This document shows positions 33,491-41,988 of a stretch of DNA of 64,000 nt, one piece after another. The translations under genes were made by a program, and so were the position numbers. Each line of letters begins with the position of its first letter. Position 1 is the stretch's first letter. Under the pieces are notes generated by a model that saw nothing but the letters and a program-made list of their open reading frames with translations, did not search any database and was not told the origin of the DNA. The stretch is from an uncultured Bacteroidales bacterium (GTDB lineage Bacteria > Bacteroidota > Bacteroidia > Bacteroidales > B18-G4), in the NCBI GenBank assembly GCA_964531985.1, contig CAZHFC010000001.1:188871-252870 (forward strand). The letters are read 5' to 3'.

Positions 33491-34489
33491 TTAAGGGATG
33501 GTCCTGAATAATGTGTTCTTCAGCAATATTTCCAGTATAATTAATCCAAGCGCCAGCAAGGCAAGCGGCAAGAACTCCTCATGTTTCCTGCTGAACTCGG
33601 TTATATCGATCTTCGATCTTTCCAGTTGGTCTATCTCTCTGTAAATTTCTTCCAGCTTGCGGTTGCTGGTGGCCCTGAAATACCTTCCGCCTGTCAGCTC
33701 CGCCACCTGTTGCAGGCCTTCGTCGTCGATCCTGACTTCCATGTTCTGGTACTGTACCCCGAAGGGGGTTTGCACCGGATAGGGTGCAACACCCGTGGTG
33801 CCTACCCCGATGGCATAGATCCTGATACCGTATAGCCTTGCAATCTCGGCTGCCGAAAGCGGGTCGACCGAGCCGGCATTGTTCACTCCGTCGGTGATCA
33901 GGATGATCACCTTGCTGATGGCCATGCTTTCCTTGAGGCGGCTGATGGATGTGGCAAGGCCGTCGCCAATGGCGGTGCCATCGTCGATCATGCCGCTTTT
34001 TATATGTTTAAAGAGATTCCTGATCATGCTGTGATCGCTGGTCAGCGGTGATTGCGTAAATGTTTCGCCGCTGAAAATGACCAGCCCGATACGGTCGTCC
34101 GGCCTGCCGGCAATGAAATCGGAAGCAACATCCTTGGCCGCTTCCAGGCGGTTGGGGCGGAGGTCCTGGGCCAGCATGCTGCTTGAAACATCAAGGGCCA
34201 TCACGATGTCGATTCCCTCAATGCTGATGTCTTTCGTTTTGGAGGTTGTTTGCGGCCGTGCCAGCGCCAGGATCAGGAGTGATATGGCAAGGATACGGAA
34301 AACGAACAGCAGGTGTACAAGATACTGACGCAGGCTTTTGCCGGTGCCCCTGAAGGCCTCGGTCGACGATAACTGAAGCCCGGGGTTGTTATGCCGGTAT
34401 TTGTACCAGTACCAGCCCCCCAGCAGGGGGATGAGGGTCAGCAGGTACAGGAAGCCCGGATTTGCATATGTGATGCCTTCAAACATCAT
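33491..34489 (-). CDS. batA: VWA-domain membrane protein BatA
   Basis: 332 aa. N-terminal TM helices. MIDAS DIVMALDVSSSM. VIILITDGVNN. C-terminal TM. Overlaps the upstream gene by 4 nt. Confidence 0.85.
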   Translation of the reverse strand: MMFEGITYANPGFLYLLTLIPLLGGWYWYKYRHNNPGLQLSSTEAFRGTGKSLRQYLVHLLFVFRILAISLLILALARPQTTSKTKDISIEGIDIVMALDVSSSMLAQDLRPNRLEAAKDVASDFIAGRPDDRIGLVIFSGETFTQSPLTSDHSMIRNLFKHIKSGMIDDGTAIGDGLATSISRLKESMAISKVIILITDGVNNAGSVDPLSAAEIARLYGIRIYAIGVGTTGVAPYPVQTPFGVQYQNMEVRIDDEGLQQVAELTGGRYFRATSNRKLEEIYREIDQLERSKIDITEFSRKHEEFLPLALLALGLIILEILLKNTLFRTIP

Positions 34490-35487
34490 TTATATTCCTT
34501 TTCAGTTTTCGTTCCTGTATCCGTTTCTTCTTTCCCGCCGGGCGTATTCCCTGTTTCGGGCCTCGGCATGGTCGTTTCTACAAAGCTGATGCATTGGTCC
34601 ATGCAGGTATCGTTTTCGGTGGGCAACGGTGTTGCCTTGGCAAATTTTACCAGGTCGGCCAGGGTCAGTGTCTGTCTAAGGCCCTCAATGGCTTCCCTGT
34701 GTGTGCCGATGCCTTTCAGCCCTTCAATGATCTCGTTGCTGGTCATCTCCACGGCCGCAACACCAAAACGCCCTTCAATGTATGTTCTTACAATCCCGGT
34801 CAACTGTGTGTAATACTCCTTCACCCTGCCCGATTGCCAGAGCTTTTTCTGCCTGAGGCTTTCAAGCCCCTGCATGGCCGTGACATGTGGCGGCAAAACC
34901 GGCCTGGGCCTGATCGTGAATATGGGTTCCTTTTTCCTTCTCTTCCTGATAATGTATACAAGCATTGCGGCAATGGCAATGATCCCGAGGACCATGAACA
35001 GCCAGGGCATGATTTCCCCAAAAGTGAGCGGTGCCGGCAATGGCGGTTTGATGGCCATGATCGACTGTGTGGTGTCAATTTCCATGCTGTGCACCCGCAG
35101 GTAAACGGGCATGGTGCTGAGTTCATGAAAACCGGTGTCGTCAACCGGCTGATAGCGGAAGTGCAGGGCAGGCAATTGATAATATCCCGAATCGAATGAG
35201 GTGATGGTGATCTTTTGTACCAGGCTGACTGTGTTTTCACGGCTGTTTATGAGGGTGTCGACAGGCGTTTGTGTAACGATCTCGACATTGCGCGTCAGCG
35301 TATCCTGGCTGAATGGCCAGAGGACCCGGTAATCGAGCGGCATATCGAATTCGAGGTTCAGATTGATCTGGTCGCCGATCAGGATATCTGTTGTGTCGAG
35401 GTATGCCCTGGCAACAATGTCCTGCGCCCGGAGCTGCCCGCAGACAACCATCAATCCCAGCAGGTATGTCAGAAATATTCTTTTCAT
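34486..35487 (-). CDS. hypothetical single-pass membrane protein at the position of the DUF4381-type gene of Bat operons
   Basis: 333 aa. Signal peptide, central TM plus basic anchor (WLFMVLGIIAIAAMLVYIIRKRRKKE). The family name is inferred only from architecture and operon position. Confidence 0.55.
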   Translation of the reverse strand: MKRIFLTYLLGLMVVCGQLRAQDIVARAYLDTTDILIGDQINLNLEFDMPLDYRVLWPFSQDTLTRNVEIVTQTPVDTLINSRENTVSLVQKITITSFDSGYYQLPALHFRYQPVDDTGFHELSTMPVYLRVHSMEIDTTQSIMAIKPPLPAPLTFGEIMPWLFMVLGIIAIAAMLVYIIRKRRKKEPIFTIRPRPVLPPHVTAMQGLESLRQKKLWQSGRVKEYYTQLTGIVRTYIEGRFGVAAVEMTSNEIIEGLKGIGTHREAIEGLRQTLTLADLVKFAKATPLPTENDTCMDQCISFVETTMPRPETGNTPGGKEETDTGTKTEKEYK

Positions 35488-35489
35488 TC

Positions 35490-36365
35490 CTACATCCTCG
35501 ATTCCCTGAGTTTAAAAAGGCTGACCAATGGTTTTACATAATCTTCGCCGGTATTGATCCCCACATGGTCGATGCCGCTTTTTTTGAACTGCCTGGCAAG
35601 ATATTGCTGATGCATGTCCCACCAGTCGCGGTACGACTGCCTGACCCTTGCACTGGCGGTATCCACCCATGAATATTTCCCACTCTCTTTGTTAAAGATC
35701 TTGACCAGCCCGATATTTGGAATGCTGGCCTCACTTTCATCGTAAATACGAAGCGCCACCAGGTCGTGCTTGTTTCCGGCAATGCGCAGCGCCTCATCGA
35801 AGCCGGTATCCAGGAAGTCGGAAATAACAAAGGCCGTACAGCGCTTTTTAATGGCATTGGTCAGGTATCTGAGTGCTTCTGCGATATTTGTCTTCTGGCT
35901 TTCGGGCCGGAAGTCGATCAGTTCCCTGATGATCCTCAGGATATGAGAGGCACCTTTTTTGGGTGGAATGAATTTCTCAACCCTGTCGCTGAAAAAGATC
36001 ACACCCACCTTATCGTTGTTGTTGATGGCCGAAAAGGCGATCACGGCTGCGATCTCCGTCATTTGCTCTTCCTTGAACTGTATACGGCTGCCGAATTCAT
36101 TAGAACCGCTGACATCAATGAGCAACATAACCGTGAGCTCCCTCTCTTCTTCAAAAATCTTGATATAGGGATGGTTGAACCTGGCCGTTACGTTCCAGTC
36201 GATATTCCTGATATCATCTCCATACTGGTATTCCCGTACTTCGCTGAAAGCCATCCCGCGTCCCTTGAAGGCACTGTGGTAGTGCCCCGTAAAGATCTGC
36301 CTCGAGAGGCCACGGGTCTTGATCTCGATCTTCCTGACTTTTTTTATGATATCAGCGGTTTCCAA
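35490..36365 (-). CDS. DUF58-family protein (MoxR-associated, VWA-like)
   Basis: 291 aa. REYQYGDDIRNIDWNVTARFNHPYIKIFEEERELTVMLLIDVSGS is the characteristic DUF58 core. Confidence 0.85.
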   Translation of the reverse strand: METADIIKKVRKIEIKTRGLSRQIFTGHYHSAFKGRGMAFSEVREYQYGDDIRNIDWNVTARFNHPYIKIFEEERELTVMLLIDVSGSNEFGSRIQFKEEQMTEIAAVIAFSAINNNDKVGVIFFSDRVEKFIPPKKGASHILRIIRELIDFRPESQKTNIAEALRYLTNAIKKRCTAFVISDFLDTGFDEALRIAGNKHDLVALRIYDESEASIPNIGLVKIFNKESGKYSWVDTASARVRQSYRDWWDMHQQYLARQFKKSGIDHVGINTGEDYVKPLVSLFKLRESRM

Positions 36366-36404
36366 AATTTCCGGTAATTTAATTATCTGATGCTGTGGTC
36401 CGGT

Positions 36405-37397
36405 CTATGGCACTTCCACGGTATTCAGTATCTCGCTGATGATGTCCTCGGAGCTGACATTTTCGGCTTCTGCTTCGTAGGTAAGCCCGATGCGGTGCCT
36501 CAGTACGTCGTGTGCAACGGCCCTGATATCTTCGGGGATCACATATCCGCGGCGCTTGATAAAGGCGAAGGCCTTGGCTGCCAGTGCCAGGTTTATGCTT
36601 GCACGCGGAGAGGCACCGTAACTGATCATGGATTCGAAACGCTGCAGCTTGTATTCCGAAGGGAACCTGGATGAAAAAACGATGTCGGTTATATAATTCT
36701 CGATCTTTTCATCGAGGTATACTTCCCTGACAAGTTCCCTGGCTTTCATGATGTCAGCAGGTTTCAGAATAGCGGAGGTTACGGGGAAAGTGCCTTTGAT
36801 ATTTTGCCGCAGGATGAGTTTTTCCTCTTCCTTGTTGGGATAGCCGATCACGATCTTCAGCATGAAGCGGTCTACCTGTGCTTCGGGAAGCGGATAGGTG
36901 CCCTCCTGTTCGATCGGGTTTTGGGTAGCCAGCACAAGAAATGGTTCATCCAGCGGATAGGTTGTATCTCCGATGGTTACCTGCCGCTCCTGCATGGCTT
37001 CGAGCAATGCGCTTTGCACCTTTGCCGGCGAACGGTTGATCTCGTCGGCGAGGATGAAGTTGGCGAAGACCGGACCCTTGCGGACAACGAACTCTTCCTT
37101 TTTCTGGCTGTAGATGAGGGTGCCAAGCAAGTCGGCAGGCAAGAGGTCGGGTGTAAACTGTATCCTGCTGAAACGGGCCTTGATGGCGTTGGCCAGCGAT
37201 TTGATGGCCAGGGTCTTGGCCAGGCCCGGGACCCCTTCAAGCAAAACATGGCCATTGGATAACAGCCCGATCATCAGGCGTTCGATCATTTGTTTCTGGC
37301 CGATGATCACCTTATTCATCTCCATGTTGAGCATGTCGACAAATGCACTCTCTTTCTGGATCCGGTCATTAAGTGCCTTGATATCGTTTTCCATCAT
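36405..37397 (-). CDS. moxR: MoxR-family AAA+ ATPase
   Basis: Walker A EGVPGLAKT, Walker B FILADEINRSPAKVQSALLEAMQE, VLATQNPIEQEGTYPLPEAQVDRF. Start placed at the MMENDIK methionine (37397) because a -7 box lies at 37420-37427. The track ORF extends to 37433. Confidence 0.92.
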   Translation of the reverse strand: MMENDIKALNDRIQKESAFVDMLNMEMNKVIIGQKQMIERLMIGLLSNGHVLLEGVPGLAKTLAIKSLANAIKARFSRIQFTPDLLPADLLGTLIYSQKKEEFVVRKGPVFANFILADEINRSPAKVQSALLEAMQERQVTIGDTTYPLDEPFLVLATQNPIEQEGTYPLPEAQVDRFMLKIVIGYPNKEEEKLILRQNIKGTFPVTSAILKPADIMKARELVREVYLDEKIENYITDIVFSSRFPSEYKLQRFESMISYGASPRASINLALAAKAFAFIKRRGYVIPEDIRAVAHDVLRHRIGLTYEAEAENVSSEDIISEILNTVEVP

Positions 37398-37419
37398 ACT
37401 TTCAAAATTTTTGTTGTGG

Positions 37420-37427
37420 CAAAAATA
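37420..37427 (-). promoter_or_regulatory. candidate -7 promoter box (TATTTTTG) for the Bat operon
   Basis: Perfect TAnnTTTG on the - strand, 22 nt upstream of the ATG at 37397. Confidence 0.4.
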
Positions 37428-37617
37428 AAGCATGATGGTACAGGGGCAGGCCCCGTCCCTGTTAAATAATGTTAAATGCCCGGTTAATTTATGTTAAGCA
37501 GATTTGCAGGGACCCGGAGGAAACTAAAATGACCGGTTGAAAAACAACTGTGATTGTCAGGTGAAGAGAATACCGCTTACTTCGCGGTGGGGCCTTGGTT
37601 CGTTCAGGTTTAATGTT

Positions 37618-38007
37618 TCATTCTTCCGATTCGTCCATTCCTTCTTTCATTTCCATGAGGAATTGTTTGATCTTTTCAAGTGACTCTATTACCATGGCTT
37701 TGTTTTCGGTGGTTTCGGGATTTGCTTTCAACGACTCCCTTGCACCTTTGAGGGTATAGCCCTTTTCCTTTACCAGATGGTGGATCAGGCGGAAGTTCCG
37801 GATATCGTCACGGGTGAAGAACCTGTTTCCCTTTTTGTTCTTCCTGGGATTGATGATGTCGAATTCTTTTTCCCAGAATCTGATGAGGGAGGGGTTTACC
37901 CTGAACATAGCGGCTACCTCTCCTATGGAGTAATAAATTTTTCCTGGTTTATCGCTGGATTCAGGCATCATCCTGGTGTTAATGGCAAGTGTGGTACGTT
38001 CCGGCAC
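37618..38007 (-). CDS. MerR-family transcriptional regulator
   Basis: 129 aa (a start at M13/M14 is possible). HTH YSIGEVAAMFRVNPSLIRFWEKEF...NKKGNRFFTRDDI, followed by a short coiled tail. Confidence 0.85.
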   Translation of the reverse strand: MPERTTLAINTRMMPESSDKPGKIYYSIGEVAAMFRVNPSLIRFWEKEFDIINPRKNKKGNRFFTRDDIRNFRLIHHLVKEKGYTLKGARESLKANPETTENKAMVIESLEKIKQFLMEMKEGMDESEE

Positions 38008-38021
38008 CCTGAACAGTTCGT

Positions 38022-38987
38022 TTATGAGAGTACCTGTGTATCGCGGGAAGCCAGTTCGAGGATCTTTTCAAATTCTTCTGGCGTAAAGTCATTGTAGAAG
38101 TAATTGACCGGGTCGACTTTTTTATTGTTATAGATCACCTCGTAATGCACATGGGGTGCCTGTGAAAGTCCGGTGCTGCCCACGTATCCGATGATCTCAC
38201 CCCTTTTTACCCTTTGTCCTTTTTTTACGGTAACTGTTTTCATGTGTCCGTACAATGTCTGGTAACCGTAGCCATGATCGACCATGCAGGTTTTACCGTA
38301 GCCGCCTTTCCGTCCGTTAAAATTAACGGTTCCGTCGGCGGTGGCGTAGATGGGCGTGCCCGAAGGTGCAGTAATATCGATACCCCAGTGCATCCGCCGT
38401 ACTTTGAGAATGGGATGGTAGCGCATGCCATAGCCGCTGACGATGTTTCCCAGGCCTTTTTCGATGGGTTGTATGGCCGGGATGTGTGCCAGCATCAGTG
38501 ATTTATTCCTTGCCATCTCGAAGACTTCATCCAGCGATTTCGACTGCACCACCAGCTGGCTGGTGATACGGTCGAGCTTTTTGGTCGTTTCGATGATGGT
38601 CTGGGAATTCTTGTAACCGTCGAGCCTGGCATACCTGTCGGTTCCGCCAAATCCTGCATTACGGATAGAAGGGGGGATGGGCTCGGCTTCGAAGATGACA
38701 CGGTAAATGTTATCGTCCTTTTCCCGTATATGACCAAGTACCGTTTCGATCTGGTTCAGGCGTTCGTTCAGCAGCGTAAACTGGAATTCATACTGGCTAA
38801 TCTCGCGCTTAAGCATTCTCTCCTTTGGGGAGTCCAGAAAGGAATAGGCCAAAAATATCCCCAGGGCGGCAAAAACGAATATGGTAAGCAGCGACCTGAG
38901 AAAACGCAGAAAAACGACCCTGCCCGAACGTTTCCGCTTTTCGTAGGCCAGTGTTCTCGGATTGTAATAAAAATGTTCCTTACTCAT
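38022..38987 (-). CDS. M23-family metallo-endopeptidase (LytM-type) with an N-terminal membrane anchor and coiled coil
   Basis: 321 aa. TM LLTIFVFAALGIFLAY. HWGIDITAPSGTPIYATADGTV and APHVHYEV zinc-ligand motifs. Confidence 0.9.
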   Translation of the reverse strand: MSKEHFYYNPRTLAYEKRKRSGRVVFLRFLRSLLTIFVFAALGIFLAYSFLDSPKERMLKREISQYEFQFTLLNERLNQIETVLGHIREKDDNIYRVIFEAEPIPPSIRNAGFGGTDRYARLDGYKNSQTIIETTKKLDRITSQLVVQSKSLDEVFEMARNKSLMLAHIPAIQPIEKGLGNIVSGYGMRYHPILKVRRMHWGIDITAPSGTPIYATADGTVNFNGRKGGYGKTCMVDHGYGYQTLYGHMKTVTVKKGQRVKRGEIIGYVGSTGLSQAPHVHYEVIYNNKKVDPVNYFYNDFTPEEFEKILELASRDTQVLS

Positions 38988-39044
38988 GATCTTCTCTCAA
39001 CGCAATATCAGTGCGCTCAGTATGAAAATATACATACCCTGATG

Positions 39045-39052
39045 CAAAAATA
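39045..39052 (-). promoter_or_regulatory. candidate -7 promoter box (TATTTTTG) for the M23-merR unit
   Basis: Perfect TAnnTTTG on the - strand, 57 nt upstream of the ATG at 38987. Confidence 0.3.
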
Positions 39053-39063
39053 ATTAATTAAAC

Positions 39064-39071
39064 TAACTTTG
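39064..39071 (+). promoter_or_regulatory. candidate -7 promoter box (TAACTTTG) for alaS
   Basis: Perfect TAnnTTTG, 54 nt upstream of the ATG at 39126. Confidence 0.35.
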
Positions 39072-39125
39072 CCCTCAGTAATTTCCGAAGTTTATTTAAC
39101 AAATTGATTGTTAATAAAGTGTTAT

Positions 39126-41738
39126 ATGGATTCAAAACTTGTCAGGAAAACCTTTCTTGATTTTTTCAGGGATAGACAACACCTGGTCGTTCCTTCGGCA
39201 CCCATGGTGGTGAAGGATGATCCTACCCTGATGTTTACCAACGCCGGCATGAACCAGTTCAAGGATGTTTTCCTGGGTAACCGTTCCCCTGAGAATTTAC
39301 GCATAGCCGATACCCAGAAATGCCTGCGCGTTTCGGGGAAACACAATGACCTGGAAGAAGTTGGCCATGATACTTACCACCATACCATGTTTGAAATGCT
39401 GGGAAACTGGTCGTTTGGTGATTATTTCAAAAAAGAGGCCATCGCCTGGGCTTGGGAATTGCTGACGGGTGTTTATGGCATTGATCCCGCGCGCCTGTAT
39501 GTTACGGTATTTGGAGGTGACGCAGCCGACGGTCTTGAACCCGATGCGGAATCATTTGGATTCTGGAAAGAAATACTTCCCGAAAACAGGATCCTCTACG
39601 GGAACAAAAAAGATAATTTCTGGGAGATGGGCGATACGGGTCCCTGCGGCCCCTGCTCGGAGATCCATGCCGACCTGCGCGATGATAATGAAAGATCGGT
39701 GAAAGATGGCCGTGAGCTGGTTAACAGCGATCATCCCCTCGTGATTGAGATATGGAACCTTGTGTTTATTGAATTCAACCGTTTGAAAGACGGTTCATTG
39801 TCGCCCCTTCCCGCGAAACACGTCGATACAGGTATGGGTTTTGAAAGATTGTGCATGGTGCTGCAGGGCCGGCAATCGAACTATGATACGGATGTTTTCA
39901 GGCCGCTGATCGCTGAAATAGAAAAGCTCACAGAAATAAAATATGGAGCTGAACCGGCTGCGGATGTGGCCATGCGTGTGATCGCCGACCACCTTCGCGC
40001 AGTGGCGTTTTCCATTGCCGACGGGCAGCTTCCGTCCAATACTGGGGCCGGATACGTGATCAGGAGGATTTTGCGCAGGGCGGTCAGGTATGCGTATACT
40101 TTCCTGGGATGCAAGGAGCCGCTCATCTATAAGCTCCTGCCGGTACTGACTGCTCAGATGGGTGAATCCTTTACCGAACTCCCGGCACAGCAGGACCTGG
40201 CGGGCAGGGTGATCCGTGAAGAGGAACAATCTTTCCTGCATACCCTTGAGCAGGGCATCAGACGATTTGAACAATATATTTCAGCTGGAAGCGATGAACA
40301 TATTATCGATGGTGGTTTTGCCTTTGAGCTCTTCGACACATACGGCTTCCCGGTCGATCTGACCAGCCTCATGGCGCGTGAACATGGCTGGACGGTTGAT
40401 ATGGAAGGCTTCAGAAAGGGGTTACAACAGCAAAAGGACCGCTCACGAAAAGCCGCCGGGAAGGACAAGGACGACTGGATACGTGTAACTGATGCCAGCG
40501 GGCCTGCAGAATTCCTTGGCTACGACCGGCTCGAAGCCGGGGTGAAACTGCTCAGGTACAGACGGGTGTCGGATAAGAAAAAAACCTATTATGAACTTGT
40601 TCTCGACCAGACTCCCTTTTATGCCGAGTCGGGCGGACAGGTGGGCGATTCCGGTACGCTTACAAACGGAAACGAACGGATTCATATTTTTGATACACGG
40701 CGTGAGAACGAACTCATTCTGCACTTTGCCGACCGGGAACCCGCTTCGAGAGAATACACGGCCAGGGTGGATGACGGCCAAAGGATCAGGACGGCCAACA
40801 ACCACACGGCCACACACCTGATGCACCATGCCCTGAGAAAGGTGCTGGGAGGCCATGTCGAACAAAAAGGCTCGCTGGTCGATGCCGGACACCTGCGTTT
40901 TGACTTCAGCCATTTTCAGAAGCCGGACAATGAGGAGATCATGAAGGTTGAGCAAATGGTCAATGCCATGATCAGGAGTAACTTCCCCATGGATGAACAC
41001 CGCTCGGTTGAAATGGAGAAAGCAATGGAAATGGGCGCCCTGGCCTTTTTCGGCGAAAAATATGGCGACAGGGTCAGGGTGATCCGTTTTGGCGATTCAG
41101 TTGAGCTTTGCGGGGGAACCCATGTGGCCATGACAGGACAGATCGGCTTGTTCAAAATTATTTCCGAAAGCGCCATTGCAGCCGGTGTGAGAAGGATTGA
41201 GGCCCTGACAGGCGAAGCAGCCGAAAATCATGTCAATGAAAAACTGATGGCCGGGGAGAAGGTCAGGCAGATGTTGAAAAATCCCAAAGACCTTGAAAAA
41301 AGTGTTGGTAACCTGCTGGAAGAATTAAAAAAACTTCAGAAACAGAATGAAGCACTGAACCGGAAAATGGCCGGCTCGGTGTTGGCCGGCCTGAAGAACT
41401 TACAGAAGCATCACCACGGTATCGACCTGCTTACCGCCAGCCCTGAAGTTGACCAGGCTGTTGCCAAAAACCTGGTCTTCTCCCTGACCAGGGAAAACAA
41501 GAACCTCGTGGTGCTGCTGGGAACCGAAAATGACGGGAAAGCCTTTCTGACTCTGGGAATTGGCGAAACAGCCATAAAAAATAAGAAGCTCGATGCCTCA
41601 AAGATCATCGGTGAGCTGGCAAAAGAGATCAGTGGCGGCGGCGGCGGGCAGGCACATTTTGCCACCGCTGGCGGTAAGGAGCCCGGCGGGCTTCAAAGGG
41701 CTTTTGAAAAGTTGAAAACCATCCTGAAAGAAATGTAG
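39126..41738 (+). CDS. alaS: alanine--tRNA ligase
   Basis: 870 aa from MDSKLVRKTFLDFF. FTNAGMNQFK, HHTMFEMLGNWSFGDYFK, GPCGPCSEIH. Editing-domain HTATHLMHHAL and CGGTHV. C-terminal DHHA1-like GGGGGQAHFATAGG. Confidence 0.97.
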   Translation: MDSKLVRKTFLDFFRDRQHLVVPSAPMVVKDDPTLMFTNAGMNQFKDVFLGNRSPENLRIADTQKCLRVSGKHNDLEEVGHDTYHHTMFEMLGNWSFGDYFKKEAIAWAWELLTGVYGIDPARLYVTVFGGDAADGLEPDAESFGFWKEILPENRILYGNKKDNFWEMGDTGPCGPCSEIHADLRDDNERSVKDGRELVNSDHPLVIEIWNLVFIEFNRLKDGSLSPLPAKHVDTGMGFERLCMVLQGRQSNYDTDVFRPLIAEIEKLTEIKYGAEPAADVAMRVIADHLRAVAFSIADGQLPSNTGAGYVIRRILRRAVRYAYTFLGCKEPLIYKLLPVLTAQMGESFTELPAQQDLAGRVIREEEQSFLHTLEQGIRRFEQYISAGSDEHIIDGGFAFELFDTYGFPVDLTSLMAREHGWTVDMEGFRKGLQQQKDRSRKAAGKDKDDWIRVTDASGPAEFLGYDRLEAGVKLLRYRRVSDKKKTYYELVLDQTPFYAESGGQVGDSGTLTNGNERIHIFDTRRENELILHFADREPASREYTARVDDGQRIRTANNHTATHLMHHALRKVLGGHVEQKGSLVDAGHLRFDFSHFQKPDNEEIMKVEQMVNAMIRSNFPMDEHRSVEMEKAMEMGALAFFGEKYGDRVRVIRFGDSVELCGGTHVAMTGQIGLFKIISESAIAAGVRRIEALTGEAAENHVNEKLMAGEKVRQMLKNPKDLEKSVGNLLEELKKLQKQNEALNRKMAGSVLAGLKNLQKHHHGIDLLTASPEVDQAVAKNLVFSLTRENKNLVVLLGTENDGKAFLTLGIGETAIKNKKLDASKIIGELAKEISGGGGGQAHFATAGGKEPGGLQRAFEKLKTILKEM

Positions 41739-41832
41739 AATGATTGCGGGCATTCCCAGATATGGACTGTTTTCCCATCCCGGGAAATTATAATGAATAG
41801 AGTTATTGTTAACTTATTTCTTAACAGGCTTT

Positions 41833-41840
41833 TAAATTTG
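41833..41840 (+). promoter_or_regulatory. candidate -7 promoter box (TAAATTTG) upstream of the hybrid kinase
   Basis: Perfect TAnnTTTG, 148 nt upstream of the kinase start codon. Confidence 0.25.
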
Positions 41841-41921
41841 TTGCTATCCCTTGGCTTGATTTTTGCATTTTAGGAGGTTGACCTGTTAATTATTATAGGA
41901 AAACCCAAATCATGGAAATAT

Positions 41922-41958
41922 GAAAACCCGGCCTGAAGCTGGGTTTTCTTATTTTATT
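41922..41958 (+). terminator. terminator-like hairpin plus T-rich tail between alaS and the hybrid kinase
   Basis: gaaaacccggc (41922-41932), loop ctgaa, gctgggttttc (41938-41948): 11 bp including one G-U pair, followed by ttattttattagtattttt. It could end the alaS transcript (184 nt downstream of the stop) or act as a leader attenuator. Confidence 0.45.
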
Positions 41959-41988
41959 AGTATTTTTATGTGTTAATTCAAACCCGTT

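Noticed and set aside
39108-39125. A TTG-initiated N-terminal extension of alaS (MLIKCY) given in the ORF track.
   Set aside because: An in-frame ATG at 39126 gives the conserved AlaRS N-terminus (MDSKLVRKTFLDFF). The extension is not needed.
41872-41877. AGGAGG, a Shine-Dalgarno-like hexamer in the alaS-kinase gap.
   Set aside because: No plausible ORF follows at the proper spacing, and genes in this window generally lack SD sequences, as is typical of Bacteroidota.
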